NCBI GenBank assembly: GCA_965285935.1
Contig: OZ260662.1
Span: 80,600,001-80,664,000, forward strand
Direction: 5' to 3'
DNA: 64,000 nt
From: Ophelia neglecta
Taxonomy: Eukaryota
Shown here: piece by piece, positions 23,422 to 36,157 of the stretch
How positions within the stretch are numbered: the first letter of the stretch is position 1
Layout: every line of letters begins with the position of its first letter
Program-made: the position numbers and the translations under genes
Notes under the pieces: model-generated
What the model was told of the DNA's origin: nothing
Database searches by the model: none
The model's input: the letters and a program-made list of their open reading frames with translations, nothing else

Positions 23422-24406
23422 GGTGAACTCCGATTGTATGTTCACATCCGCTAACTGTTAAACACTACAGGACAGACCATTTGATTTAGTTCAATGTTAT
23501 CGGGGTTTTCCTTCCCCCATGAATACAATCATTTAGATGTACTACCTTTCTTGAAACTTTCACGATTCCCCCCGGTAATATTAGTATGTTTATAATTTTA
23601 ATAAGGCTGAACTAAGTTATGCAAATATCGCTCCGATTTTACACGGACTATTTTGCTATTCGTATTTTGTTCCCGGTTCTGTGAGTTGCCAGCCTTACTC
23701 TTCAATCAAAATGGATACAATCATGAGGTACATTGCATATTGGGAAAGCAAACAGGTGTCGTTTATGTACTAAAAAGCTTTCTTATCTGCACAACCACGA
23801 AACAACATTTGTGTTCGTCATCGGGTTACCCTCTCAACCATCTCCTCTATATAAAATGAATATTACAATCTTATCAAACATTCTCATTCAGAACACAGAA
23901 ACACTAAAAATGTTAGCAAGATTATTCCTACAATACTAAGTACAAAATTAGTAAGAACCAGATAACTGGTCCAAAACATGCTAATCCTATTGTAATTATT
24001 CACAGACGTCAGTGTTGTGTATATAGAGATGTATAAGACGGTGTTATATTTCTTGTAAATGGTAAATTTCGTACTCCTTAATTCGAATGCTCATTGAATA
24101 AGTATTTAGCTTACTATTTAAAAAACCAGCAATACAAACCATCATGGTAAAAGAAAGAAGTATACTTAATGTGTGTTCATACTTATTGGTAATAGATATT
24201 TTTTATTGTAACAGATATATAAACCAATTTTTGACAAATTTGATCACTTTCTCATTATAATTTGGGAAGTAGGCCCGACAAAACTGTCGTAACGCGTACG
24301 AGGTTAGGCTAGGTAATCATAATTTCATTTATATCGCTTCCAAAGTTCAATAATTTGAGATAATAAAAACACCTCTGCCGTGGTTATTAAAAAGAAATAA
24401 TTCACC

Positions 24407-24561
24407 ATGAATGTTGTATTATTTGGCTTGTTTGTAGGATTCATATGCTTGGATATTTGTGATGCTTTCGGACGGAGAAACTTGTATAACGGGTAACTGA
24501 ATCCTACATCTTATATAAACCAATAATATGATGAAGGCAGATGATCGATCGAGGATTTAAA

Positions 24562-24601
<40 letters not shown>

Positions 24602-27600
24602 CACGAGAGTTACAGAATCAAATAATTTAATGATATGCCTACGCATTTTCATAACGCCGTATCATCGCCGGCGTCATGTTACGGCCAGGAACCATTGCAA
24701 CTTTTACCCCCCTGTCTTCAGTTTCCCGAAACCAGTGTGATGCAAAAATAAACGTGTAGTTCTAAAAAAACAACCCCATTGTAGATATCGGGAAGTTTTG
24801 GTTTAAAATACAACGTGAGTTGACGAAAGATTCCTTGGACGAAAGTTTCTTTGGACGAAATGACTTAAATATTTTGCAGACACTTGCAACAAAATATCTG
24901 CGGCCAAATTCCATGCACGTCATAGTGCGGTACCAATCAAGCTGCTCGAGAATGCATGTAAAGTCATTTAACTACGTATTCATTCAAAGTGTCTACATAG
25001 AACATTAATACAGTGAAATCTGTCTAATCATGTCAGTTAAGGGACTTGAAAAAATGACCACATTTTGTAGGTGACCTAAATAGGCAGGTCAGTTAACACG
25101 GGCATAAATGAGGATCGGGCTATTATTTAGTGACCTTAATGGGCAGGTGACCGTATTACAGAGGTGACCACAAACACAATTTTGACTGTGACCGTATTCT
25201 TACAAAAAAAACGAAGAAAAGGCAAGCTTGGTTTATCGAAAAGCTTGAATGAAATAAAGTCGTCGTCATTGGCACAACAGAGATCCTCTTCATCGGGAAC
25301 CGGAAAGGTGGCCATTTTCAAATCCATTTGCACAATGAACAGTTGCCATATCATAGTAAACTGCGAGATAATGTCGTATAGGCCTACAAGTCCACATATA
25401 ATCTAGCTGCTATATGAGCTTATTTTATTTTATACTATACACACAGATGCTACTTTAGGAACCTTGCAACACGAGGCTAGTGTCTACACTCGATAAATAT
25501 ATCTCATATATGTTGCGACTGTTCCTGTGAAAGATACCTCCCTACGGCATTGAGGCAGTTTCCATAATAGTTGGTGGTTCCCCGCGAATGCTCCCCTTAA
25601 ACGTGACGTTACCTTGTGTCGTTGGTCGAGTGCTATATGCTCCACTTTACTCTGTTCTTCCTGTTAAGAAGCAGGCCAATTCATAAATTTTAATGTTGAT
25701 ATTTCTTCGATTAGCTACCAGGTTCTCAGCGTTGTGCCGGCCACAAAAGAACAGCTGGATCACGTGTACCGTCTCTCCCAAAACAATGACCAGGTGGGCC
25801 ATTTTCTTTGTCTTCTCCCTCAAAACTTGTAACACATTAATTTAAAATGATATTCCGGTTTTGTCGCTTACTGTCAAAACATATTGCGATTGATCAATCG
25901 TAAAGTAATTGTCAGCATGGCCTTAAAGGTCCAATATCTGTCCTAGAATCAGCCTTGGCTAGGCCTACTGGAGATCAGCTCGAGTAAGCTTATTATTGGA
26001 TGATGTCAAGTCGAATAAGCTGATATTAATATTGGCTATTAAATCATATATAGTAAATAATCCCAAATTAAATCATTATAATAATGCAAAAAAATGCAAA
26101 TAAAGTGCTTATAAAGAAATGTATGACAGCTGCATACACGAATTTACATGGAAGCAACGATACAAATGTTATGCAGAACATAACGATAACCAAAGCGCTC
26201 AGCTAATCAGCCCAGGGATGTGAATATCCCCTCAGATCTACTGAGCGGACAAGCGGCAGCCTGGTACGCCAGGCTTGTAGAACGGTTTCCATCCCAAGAA
26301 CAAATATTCCAGAGATGAATCACTGTTATATGGAACTTATCAATTTTCAGTTGGATTTCTGGATGGACGCCAGGAGAATTGGCGATGAAGCACAGATAAT
26401 GGTTCCTCCAGCACAAAGATACAATTTACATAACTTTTTGCAATCCAGAGGCATGCAAGTTAAGACTGTTATCAGAGACGTAGAAAGGTAAACAAATTTT
26501 AAATTTTAGGCGTAGGCCCGGGGAGGGGTTCTGTTCTCACCGGTGTGGTATAGTTGTGCCATCTCAGTGTGGGGTCTCTAGTATAGGCCCCCTCCCCCTG
26601 GGATCTAAGAGATGAAAGGGGTCTGCCCTGGCATAAAGGTTCCACCCCCCCCCCCCCTCTGGGATGATAGAGAAGATGGGGGTCTTAGATATAGTCCTCA
26701 TTTCCCCTTTAGGATGTCACATAAGAGAGGAGTCTAGGATATAGGCCAAATTCCCTCCTGGAATGTGACTGCCCTCCCACATCATCGAGGCCCTTTTAAA
26801 CCGATTATAGTAAGATTTATGTCAATGAAGACTTAACCCGGGCCAAGGCTAAAATGTTGAAAAGCCTTAAGTCCTCGGATAGTGTCGAGTCTGCCTGGGC
26901 CCGTAATGGAAAATTGCTGGCCAAGCGCGCCGGGAGAACCCTAGTTGTCCGGCTTTACAACTTTCGAGATGTGTTGGACACCCCTCTCCCTGACAGCTAC
27001 GCCGGTGCGGCTAGCACCCCGGTAACGTCGGCTCTTCAGCGGTACGGGTCTGGAACTCAACCTATCACCTCAAAGAAGCGTGAACGCCCGAGTCCAAGGC
27101 CATCGCCTCATGTGTCAAAGCGCAGGAACCAGGCTGCCAGTCCTCCTAGTCAACTGGCTCTGCTTCCATCTCGTCTTGCTCCGCCATCTAGTCGCGTGCC
27201 TCCTGGAGCGTCTAACAGAGGTGTCACACACCATCGTCCTCGACCTCGGTCATTGTGTCCTGACCTTCTACGAGCCGGCAGGCCTACGACCACGGTTTAT
27301 CCCACTGACATGCCGTCCTGAGGAGTGAACGCCACGGACCAGATATTAACTTTCTTACGTCAATGACAGCTCGTCCATCCTTGGACTCTTACTTACACTT
27401 TGATATCTGCAAACCAATACTTATGTATGTATGTATATATGTGTGTATATTTGCGTGTGTATGCATGTAAATGTGAGGTTCATTTCACCTCAGTCGTGAG
27501 TTTATTATTATATCACCATTTACTTTCCTCGCTCACTTATAGAAAGTTAATTTTCCTTGTTTACCCGCTTGATCGCCTACTTCGTATTTACCCAACTGCC

Positions 27601-30600
27601 AATGTTTTGTTTCACATTTAGCCATCAATCACTTTCACCCCGCCACTTCATGCCCATACTCAGTAATCACCTTCCTAATTCATCGTATCCACCAATTAGT
27701 CGTAGCGATAGGTTGACAGTTATTCTGCCAAACCCTTGTGATTGTCTGTGGCCTAAGCTATCCAGTCAGGCCCAAGTACATTGTTGCACACCTCTACATC
27801 TGCGGCCAGGTGAACCGTGTCCATCTCATAGTCATTCGTCCGATTGGATTTATTACTTGTTGGTCTCGGCCTTGTTAGCTATGCCCATTCCCTCGTTAAC
27901 TATATATTGCCCAGTTATCAATGGCATGACAGGTATCAGTCCCCACTTTAATACTTTCCAACATGATATGCATTGAACAATATCGCGCAGCCATCGGCCT
28001 GTTTGGTCTGGGCAAAAAAAAAGCTCCGAAGCGAGGCTCTGTTCTGGTTAATCATTTTCCACATATCTTGCTTTACTTGGTTCATTTCCCCCTCAATTGT
28101 GCTCCGCTGTGGCGACATTGAGGCTAACCCCGGTCCTGTTGGCAGAACTGGCATTTCTATTTCATATCAAAATATACGCAGTGTTCAAGCGTCGGCCTTT
28201 ATAAATGGCAAACATGATTGCAGTAAATTTACTCACCTGTGTGCTTTTGCTTCCCACTATCAACATGACATTATTGCTGTATCTGAGACATGGTTGTCCC
28301 CCACTACTGTAAGCTCTTCTTTAATGATACCTGGATACCTCTCTCCCTTACGCAAGGACCGTGATAGCGTGGGTGGCGGACTGGCTGTGTATTTATCAGA
28401 GTTTTTCCCTGGAAAGCGTCTTCCTGACCTTGAATCCAATTCTATTGAAAATATTTGTATTTCTGCGAAGCTAAACAACCTGAATACACTTTTATGTTTC
28501 TATTACCGAATCGTTCTTCTTGAAGCTATTCAAGAAGTCTTAGATAACTCTTTAGATGAATTCTCACTCATCTCATTCATTGGCGACACCAATGCCAAGC
28601 ATGAGCTCTGGTGTCCCACTGACGTAATTAATGCCGATGGTAGAATCGTTAATGCATTTTTCAGTAAGCACGGCTTCTCTCAACTAATCCAAGTACCAAC
28701 GCGCATTGCTGGCACCACTTCTTCCTGTCTTGATCATATATTCATTAATTCAACTACAAATGTTGCATCAAGTGGTGTGCTGTCCCGTCTTGTTGACAAT
28801 TGCGACCATTTGCCTATATTTTTGGATCTTTTTAGGAGTGCCGGTAAACAGCATTGCTACAAACGTGTAATCTGGGATTTCAAAAATGGCGACAGCGACC
28901 GCTTTCGTGATCTCCTATTTATTGCCCCATGGGAAATTATCTTTTCTATCGCCAGTATTGACGACATGGCCGAAAACCTGTCCAATACTATACTCCAGTG
29001 TGCCGAGTCTTGCTTCCCTCACAGAGAGGTCACAATCAGACCTCATGACAAGCCTAGGATGACCGCCACCGTGAGGAAAGCGATGCTGGTGCGCGACCGT
29101 TACCATAAGTCTAAAGACCGTAGTGCCCATCACTTGGTGAAATATAATTCAGCTCGAAACCGCGCGACCTCACTAATACGCGATGCTAAAGCCGACTATG
29201 ATGCTAAAACGGTGATGATGAAACAACTTCCAGTGTTAATGTATCCTCTTCGAACTGGCGCCGTTTAATTAACGTTCTACTAAACAATAAATCGTGTGCA
29301 GCGCCCAGTTCGGCCCCCATTCACCAAGGTGACCTTATAATCACTGATTCTGAGGTCAATGCCGAGATCTTCAATGACTTTTTCATAGCTCAGTCTACTG
29401 TATCTGGAGCGGACGACCCACTTCCTGTACTTAATACTCAGCCTGTGGAGTTGATCCCATCTATAGAGGATAAAATTATTACTGTTGCCGATGTTTTTCA
29501 CACTCTAAGAAATCTTAAGTCCAATAAAGCCACAGGTCCAGACCAAATAGGTAACTTTCCCTTGAAAAAAGCTGCACCATCACTCTCTGGACCACTTGCT
29601 TCTCTTTTTAATAAATTACTGACTCAATGCAGATTCCCAACTATTTGGAAGAGTGCCAATGTAATTCCATTACATAAGAAGAACAGTGTACATGACTGTA
29701 ACAATTACCGTCCAATTTCCTTGCTTCCCTGCATGTCCAAAGTTTTAGAAAAAATTATGTTTCAGCATCTCTATAACCACTTGAGAAATCATAGCATTTT
29801 AATTCCTAACCAGTCTGGTTTTATTCCTGGTGATTCCACCATAAACCAGTTGATTGATATCTGCGAGAACATTGCGAACGCTCTGGGCGCCAGTGATGAA
29901 GTCATAGGGGTTTTCATTGATCAAACCAAGGCCTTTGACAAAGTTTGGCATAAAGGGCTTCTACCCAAACTTTATAAGTACGGCATTAATGGCCAGACAC
30001 TATCCTGGTTAACTGATTATTTGACCAACAGACGCCAACGTGTCACCCTTCCTGGTGGCACGTCCTCTTATAAGGCCCTTTCTGCCGGTGTACCGCAAGG
30101 TTCGGTTCTAGGACCATTACTCTTCTTGGTCTATATAAACGATATCACTGAAAGTCTGGTCTCCAAACCCTTCCTTTTTGCGGACGACACTTCATTAATG
30201 TACCGGTTTCAATCAGATCGTAAAGATACTGCTGTATCTACGCTTAATGATGATCTCTCTCTTATTCAGTCCTGGTGTAGAAGCTGGAAAGTCATTATAA
30301 GCATTCCCAAAACTAAATGTATTTTGTTCAGTAGAAAGTCTCGGTCCGGTCCTGACTTTTCTCTCCTTTTAGGTGATAACGTTGTTGGTAGTTGTAATTC
30401 TGTGAGTCACCTGGGCGTTACACTCACGAGTAACCTGCAATGGAACGAACATATCTTGAATATTTCCAAGAAAGCTTCGATACGCCTTAACACGTTGCGC
30501 CTTCTTAAATACAAGATGTCCAGGAAGGGTTTGGACACAGCTTACATGTCCTATGTCAGACCAATGTTGGAATACGGCTCTGTCCTTTTCCATGGTTGTT

Positions 30601-33600
30601 CTCAAGACATGTCCAACGTGCTTGAAAAACGTAATGTTGAGGCGGCTTCTATTGTTTCGGGAGCCAGGAAGGGAACTTCTCATAATCCTCTTCTGGATGA
30701 ATTAGGTTGGAATACTCTTGCCTCCCGTCGACGTAGGGCCTTACTCTGTAAATTTTATGATATATACCATGGCCACTCACCTAAGTATCTCCAAAACTTC
30801 TTACTAACCTTGCCTAAGGTTTCGCGTTCTACACGTAGTGCTTCAAACTTAATAGTTCCCACTCCTCGTTGTCGAACTCATCACTATATGAGCTCCTTCT
30901 TTCCCTTAGTAATTTCGGAATGGAATAAACTTCCCCCTTGCATCAGACTAAGCCAGAGTAAAGCTACTTTTAAAAAACGCATCTCCTCCCCGATCAGTAA
31001 ATCTCCCTCCTGGTTTTTCATGGGTTCGAGACCTACACAAATTTTCTTAGCGCAGTGCAGGCTGGGCTGTTCTTGCTTAAATGAGCATCTTTATCTTAAC
31101 CACTGTGTATCGTCCCCTGCATGTCAATGCGGTGCAGTCAGTGAAGGCATTAGTCACTTCTTTTTATTTTGTCAAAGATATTCCCGCCTGCGACTTCCAC
31201 TATTTGAATATTTCAATCGTCATAACATACCCAGCAATAATCATGTTAAAACAATTCTCCATGGGCCTGCTTTTACCTCCTTGCCGGAGTTTGTAAACCT
31301 AATCGATGTCTACGTCAGCAATTCTGGTCGCTTTGTCAACTAATATACTGTTTAATCATATTATTGATTTTCATTACATTTCTCATTTCATTCATCGATT
31401 CACCATTTTTACATATAAGCTTAATCATCTTTGCTCCGTTTGTCATATTATTTTCACAGCATTTGTGTAAAAAAAAAAAAAAAATTAGATGCTTAAATTA
31501 CGACACATACCTTCATCTATTCTATTTCGCACCTGTCGGTGCATACATTATTTGTTCTTATTCTGTTGGCGCATGTTATAGTAATATTATAATCATAACC
31601 GTTGTTTTTCACGTGATACTTACGCTTTTGTTAGCATTTGCTATTGTAAAAATCACGTTGTAAATAAATATGTTTAAACCAAGAAAGGAGGACCCTGACA
31701 CGTTCCAACTAAACACATCGCTAGTATGTATACATAAACCAACGGGACTTGTATTGCCAAACATATGTGAATTGTGATCGCATTCTTAAAATGATTTAAT
31801 TATTAAATTTTGCAGTCTAGTCTCGAAGGAAATGGACGCAATCCAAAACAGACGGAATCAGAGGCTCGGGGACTTTGATTATAACGACTTTCATACATAT
31901 GACGAGGTAAACTGATTTAAATGGCAATAATAAATACTGGTAAAGAGAAGTATAGAGCAGTAGATTCATCGCTTTCAATGCTGATTTCTGAATGCGAACC
32001 TTTAATAAGATTATAGATGAGATGAATGCCATGGTAACACGTTGTCCCACCCACCTCGGTATCAAGTGTGAGACATACGTCATAGGCCAGTCTTACGAGG
32101 GGAGAGATCAGAAAGTCCTTAGGGTACGTCGGTTAATGTAAGAAATCAGAAAGGTCTTAGGGTAAGTCGACTAATGTAAGAGATCGGAAAAGCCTTCAGG
32201 AAAGTAGGCTCATGTAAAAGATCAGAAAGGCCTTAGGGTAAGTATGCTAATGTAAGAGATACAGATAGATACAGATACAGATAATTTATAACCAGAAAAC
32301 ATGTATACAAAACCAAACTGACCTAGAAACAAAATGCAATTGCATAAATAAAAAGCAAAATTAAATTTGAAAAGTAAGAATAAGTAAGGATATGTAAGGA
32401 AAACAAAAGAAAGTAACCTGGTTGAGGGATACCCTTCTAAGGTTAACACCGCTATCGAAGGGCGTCCCTACTAAAAAGATGTAAACAAATAGAAACATAG
32501 TTACGAATGTGTAAAACAATGTGAGAAATAATTAATGCAGGAAATAATTCTGTAATACAAAATATACAAGTTTGAATTGAAATCATGCGATCAGAAAGGC
32601 CTTAGGATAAGTATGCTAATGCAAGAGATCAGAAAGTCCTTAGGGTGCGTAGGCTTATGTAAAGGATCATAAAGGCCTTAGGATAAGTAGACTAATGTAA
32701 GATATCGGCAAGGCCTAAGGGTTAGTAGAATAGTGTAAGAGAACAGAAAGGCCTTGGGGTAAGTAGAATCATGTGAGAAATTGGAAAACCCTCCCGATAA
32801 GTAAGCGTATGTAATAGATCAGAAAGTTCTTACGGTAAGTAGAGGTCATGTAAGAGGTCAAAAATGCCTTAGGGTAAATAGGCTAATTTAAGACAACAGA
32901 GATGCCTAAGGATAAGTAATCTAATGGGTATAGATGGACGTAAGAGATCAAATTCTTTGAGTAAGTTGGCTAATGTAGGTCATTTTACCCCTCCAGGGTG
33001 GAAATTGTGATGTTTTTTCTTGTAAAAAATATTAAGTACGTTGAATGGTACTTCCAGGTTTACAAAGACCAGCCGTATCGCCGAGCCTACTGGATGGATT
33101 CTCAAATTCACGCTCGAGAGTGGCTCGCTGTGGCAACAAATTTGAAATTTGCAAACCACGTTCGTATAAATTAAAGTTTAAGAAGTCAATGATCGTGTGT
33201 TAAAACGTTCAGGGCCATGCTGCCTGTAATCAGTATTTTCCCGATTCTTGACATAAGATTCATAGTTAGAAGAAAACGATTTTATTTTTCGACCTGTAAA
33301 ACATCTGTTAGATTTAATCCATGCAACATTTTTGGCGCGTTTTACTTTCCTGTTGCCCGTAGATGATAACTAAATATGACTCGGACACTGATGCCCGGAT
33401 GATGTTAGATGATGGAGACTGGCACTTCCTGTTTGTACACAACCCGGACGGCTATGTCTATACCTGGACGGACGTAAGGTTACTTTACATTATACTATTG
33501 TTTCAAATGTATTTTCTCAACTATTTTAATACCAATAATTGTGGCGTTTTTGTAAATAAAAGGAAAGGATGTGGAGAAAGAATAGGTTCAACAATACAGA

Positions 33601-34586
33601 AACAGTTCCCGGAACAATCTGCATCGGAGTAGACTTGAACAGAAATTATGAATACAAATGGGGAAGTACGTGGCACTAACAGATAGGCCTAACTTTATAC
33701 TTTTTATGAAAGCAATTACATTTTAATACAACGACGTAGGATATAAAGGTGACAACTTAAATGTTCTTATGTACTGATCATTTGTTTCTTTTTATCCCAT
33801 ATATAAAATTTATTTTCTAAGACGCTGGCACCAGCAACGATCCGTGTTCGACTATCTATAGGGGCGAGGGACCCGCTGATCAGGTAGAGGTCCAGAACGT
33901 ACAAACGGAAATCCGGCGGCTAGCTCCTCATCTTAAGGCTTTTGTTTCAATCCACACGGCTGCCCGTCTTATCTTGATGCCTTGGGGGAGTCTGGTCGAT
34001 CCCGCTGATACATCAGTCTGTGAATACCTGGAGGAACCCGAACAGAGCGAAGTGGTAGGCACAATAAAACAATATGGCATAATTCAAAGTTTGCAACATT
34101 TTTATTAGCAAATATTATTTCTAAACATATAACCAAATACTCTCATATACACAGGACTATGTTGCAAAGCTAATGGCTGAGAAAATTCAAAACACCTTTG
34201 GATACAGCACATGGAAAGGCGGAAACACCTGTGAAGTCATATGTTAGAATTATATATTTTTGGCATAACAAAGATATCTCTTATCGCTCACAAACATACA
34301 CCATTACTCGATTAAAATATGAAAAACGTTTAGTTCAGATTCCTTTTGCCAAAGCCTTTTTTATCCCATAGATCCGGCTTCAGGATCGACCCAGGACTAT
34401 GCTAGAGGAGTTGGTGGAGTGAAATACTCCTTTACCCCAGAGCTGAGAAACGAGGATTCTGATGGTAATGTTTACGGCTTTGTACCTCCAGCTTCCGAGA
34501 TTCAACCTTCATTCGAAGAAATGTTAAACGGCTTTATCACAATGGTGAATGCCATCAATGGCAAATGTGTGCTCCTTAATTGTTAA
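24407..34586 (+). CDS. CP3: M14A pre-pro-carboxypeptidase, ~452 aa. Exons 24407-24492, 25715-25793, 26351-26487, 31816-31906, 32010-32123, 33058-33159, 33363-33473, 33563-33665, 33822-34054, 34155-34242, 34372-34586
   Basis: Signal peptide MNVVLFGLFVGFICL, LDFW propeptide, IHARE, WRKNR, DLNRN, IHTAAR, YPASGSTQDY and PELRN, ending CVLLNC*. The exons give 1359 nt in frame. Confidence 0.9.
24571..24598. repeat. (TA)n microsatellite
   Basis: Directly visible. Confidence 0.85.
26780..31680 (+). mobile_element. 5'-truncated CR1-like LINE in CP3 intron 3, with a 2A-like peptide
   Basis: ORF1 remnant in which KPIIVRF is joined by an apparent deletion to IYVNEDLT...SAWARNGK. ORF2 APE+RT with a CCHC finger follows; the 3' end is AATAAATATGTTTAAAC. 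Confidence 0.9.
27973..31343 (+). pseudogene. LINE ORF2 (2A-like peptide, APE, RT, C-terminal zinc finger), frameshifted near 29220
   Basis: GDIEANPGP, QNIRS, VSETWL, GDTN, LDHIF, CDH, NYRPISLL, KAFDKV, GVPQGSVLGP, FADD and CQC...H...C. Confidence 0.9.
32101..32980 (+). repeat. 38-bp minisatellite (~14 units) derived from the CP3 exon 5/intron 5 junction
   Basis: Consensus ~AAGAGATCAGAAAGGCCTTAGGGTAAGTAGGCTAATGT. The first unit is the real exon end plus donor; the array is interrupted at 32261-32588. Confidence 0.9.
32261..32588 (-). mobile_element. 5'-truncated LINE 3'-end fragment inserted in the minisatellite
   Basis: (CAGATA)n tail next to an ATAAAT-type signal on the minus strand, the same architecture as the tail at 3669; GAT is duplicated at both ends. 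Confidence 0.55.
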
Positions 34587-36157
34587 AAATAAAAAAAAAG
34601 ATTACAATAACAATACTTCAGAGGAAAGTTGCCCTTGTTATTTCGAACTGAAAACGGATAGAAGAATCAACTGAAGACAACGAATAAAGTGGAAAGAATG
34701 ATTTTGAAAAAAAATACCAGTAAACATTAAATTCAATCAAATAGATGTTTCTGTGGATCGTCAATATCAACCAATTTACATTCATGGAAAATAGCACCCC
34801 TAGTTAAGTTCCCATGACTATCTCGTACAAAGGCTGTACGTTTAAACTACAAAGGTTGTACTCGACTCAATTTGCTCTACAGGGGGTGGCTTTACATTTA
34901 ACCCCCAGCACCACAGGCATTTGTTGATCATATCTTATCGCCACATAACACGTTTATTACTGAAAATCTAGCGATATGAAGAAACGGTGAATTGGCTTAG
35001 TTTTGAATCGTTATACGTAGTTGACAATCATATATTAACAAACGTATGCATTTAATAATTGATATTGCTATCTGAGATGTTCAAAATGGCAACGTTACCT
35101 AAAGAAAAGAGAATTTCTGGAGCTCAGCTTGACTTGACGGGCGACACGATTATTCTATACACTTTCGAAATCATTTGTACTTTTAAAAGTAATATTGTTA
35201 AGCTACCAACTTGGCGGTTTTCATTGCCAAATAAAATAATCCGTAATGGAAAAAAACTAGTATCAACAAAAGGCCGACAGGTAAATGCCAATTAACAATT
35301 GTCGTGGACTAACGGGGGTGTGTTAATGTCTGGTTCAGCCAAATTTTGAAAAAAGGGAGTGAGAATGTTGATATTACGGTCTAAGCCATAGCGTCAAAAA
35401 TTGGAAACAAGGAAAAGAGTCCTAAATGTGAAGAGGACTAGATGTCACCGCTATGTGATATTTGTATATATCCCAATGCACTAACCATATATTAGATTAA
35501 TCTGCAGGTATTCAAATTGAATATTGAGAAACCCATACATGTATATGGCATCTTTAATGTATGCATGGTAAAGTTGGTATTTTAGTGGTAGCAATAACTC
35601 TCACTCACATAGCAACAGGTAGCTTATTTATCACTTTAAATTTGTTATTTGGCAAGAATGACGTTGTTGCTGTTGATTTTATATTCATATGTTAGGCCTT
35701 TCGGTGAGTAATTTCGTACAAGTGATAACAAGTACATGTATTACTTATTGAAGTTGTATTATTTTGTTGCATGCATCAGTAGATTGCTTCATGACTGTTA
35801 CGTGTTATTAATGTGAAAGTCTTGGTGAATTTTAAATTTTGAGTGATCATGGATATCAATTTGGTTCTGTTTATTCTGTTTATATAGAAAAAAACATAAT
35901 TTGCAGCTCTGTAGTTTTTGACTGCTAGTTGCTTCATTAATATTACGCTTGAAATACATGGGCCTTTCTTAGGGTCCTAATTATTTTGACAATATATTGT
36001 GTAACCGATACAGCCTTTCTCTAAAATTAAACATTGCATGACAGAAGTTGCCAGAAGCAACCCAATTGAAGATTTAGGACAGAATTTGCATGTTGCAAAA
36101 ATAATAAGATAAACAAGCACAGATCAAAATATCATTTTTCACCGTTCTTTAGAATGG

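Noticed and set aside
24144-24188. Alternative CP3 first exon MVKERSILNVCSYLL
   Set aside because: Its phase is incompatible; the ATG at 24407 gives a full signal peptide with the conserved YNG phase-2 junction.
25011-25200. Tigger-like left TIR (TA|CAGTGAAATCTG)
   Set aside because: No matching right TIR was found, so boundaries are unsupported.
32101-32980. CRISPR-like appearance of the ~38-bp periodic array
   Set aside because: The units are contiguous degenerate repeats without unique spacers, derive from the exon 5 junction, and there are no cas genes in this eukaryotic context.
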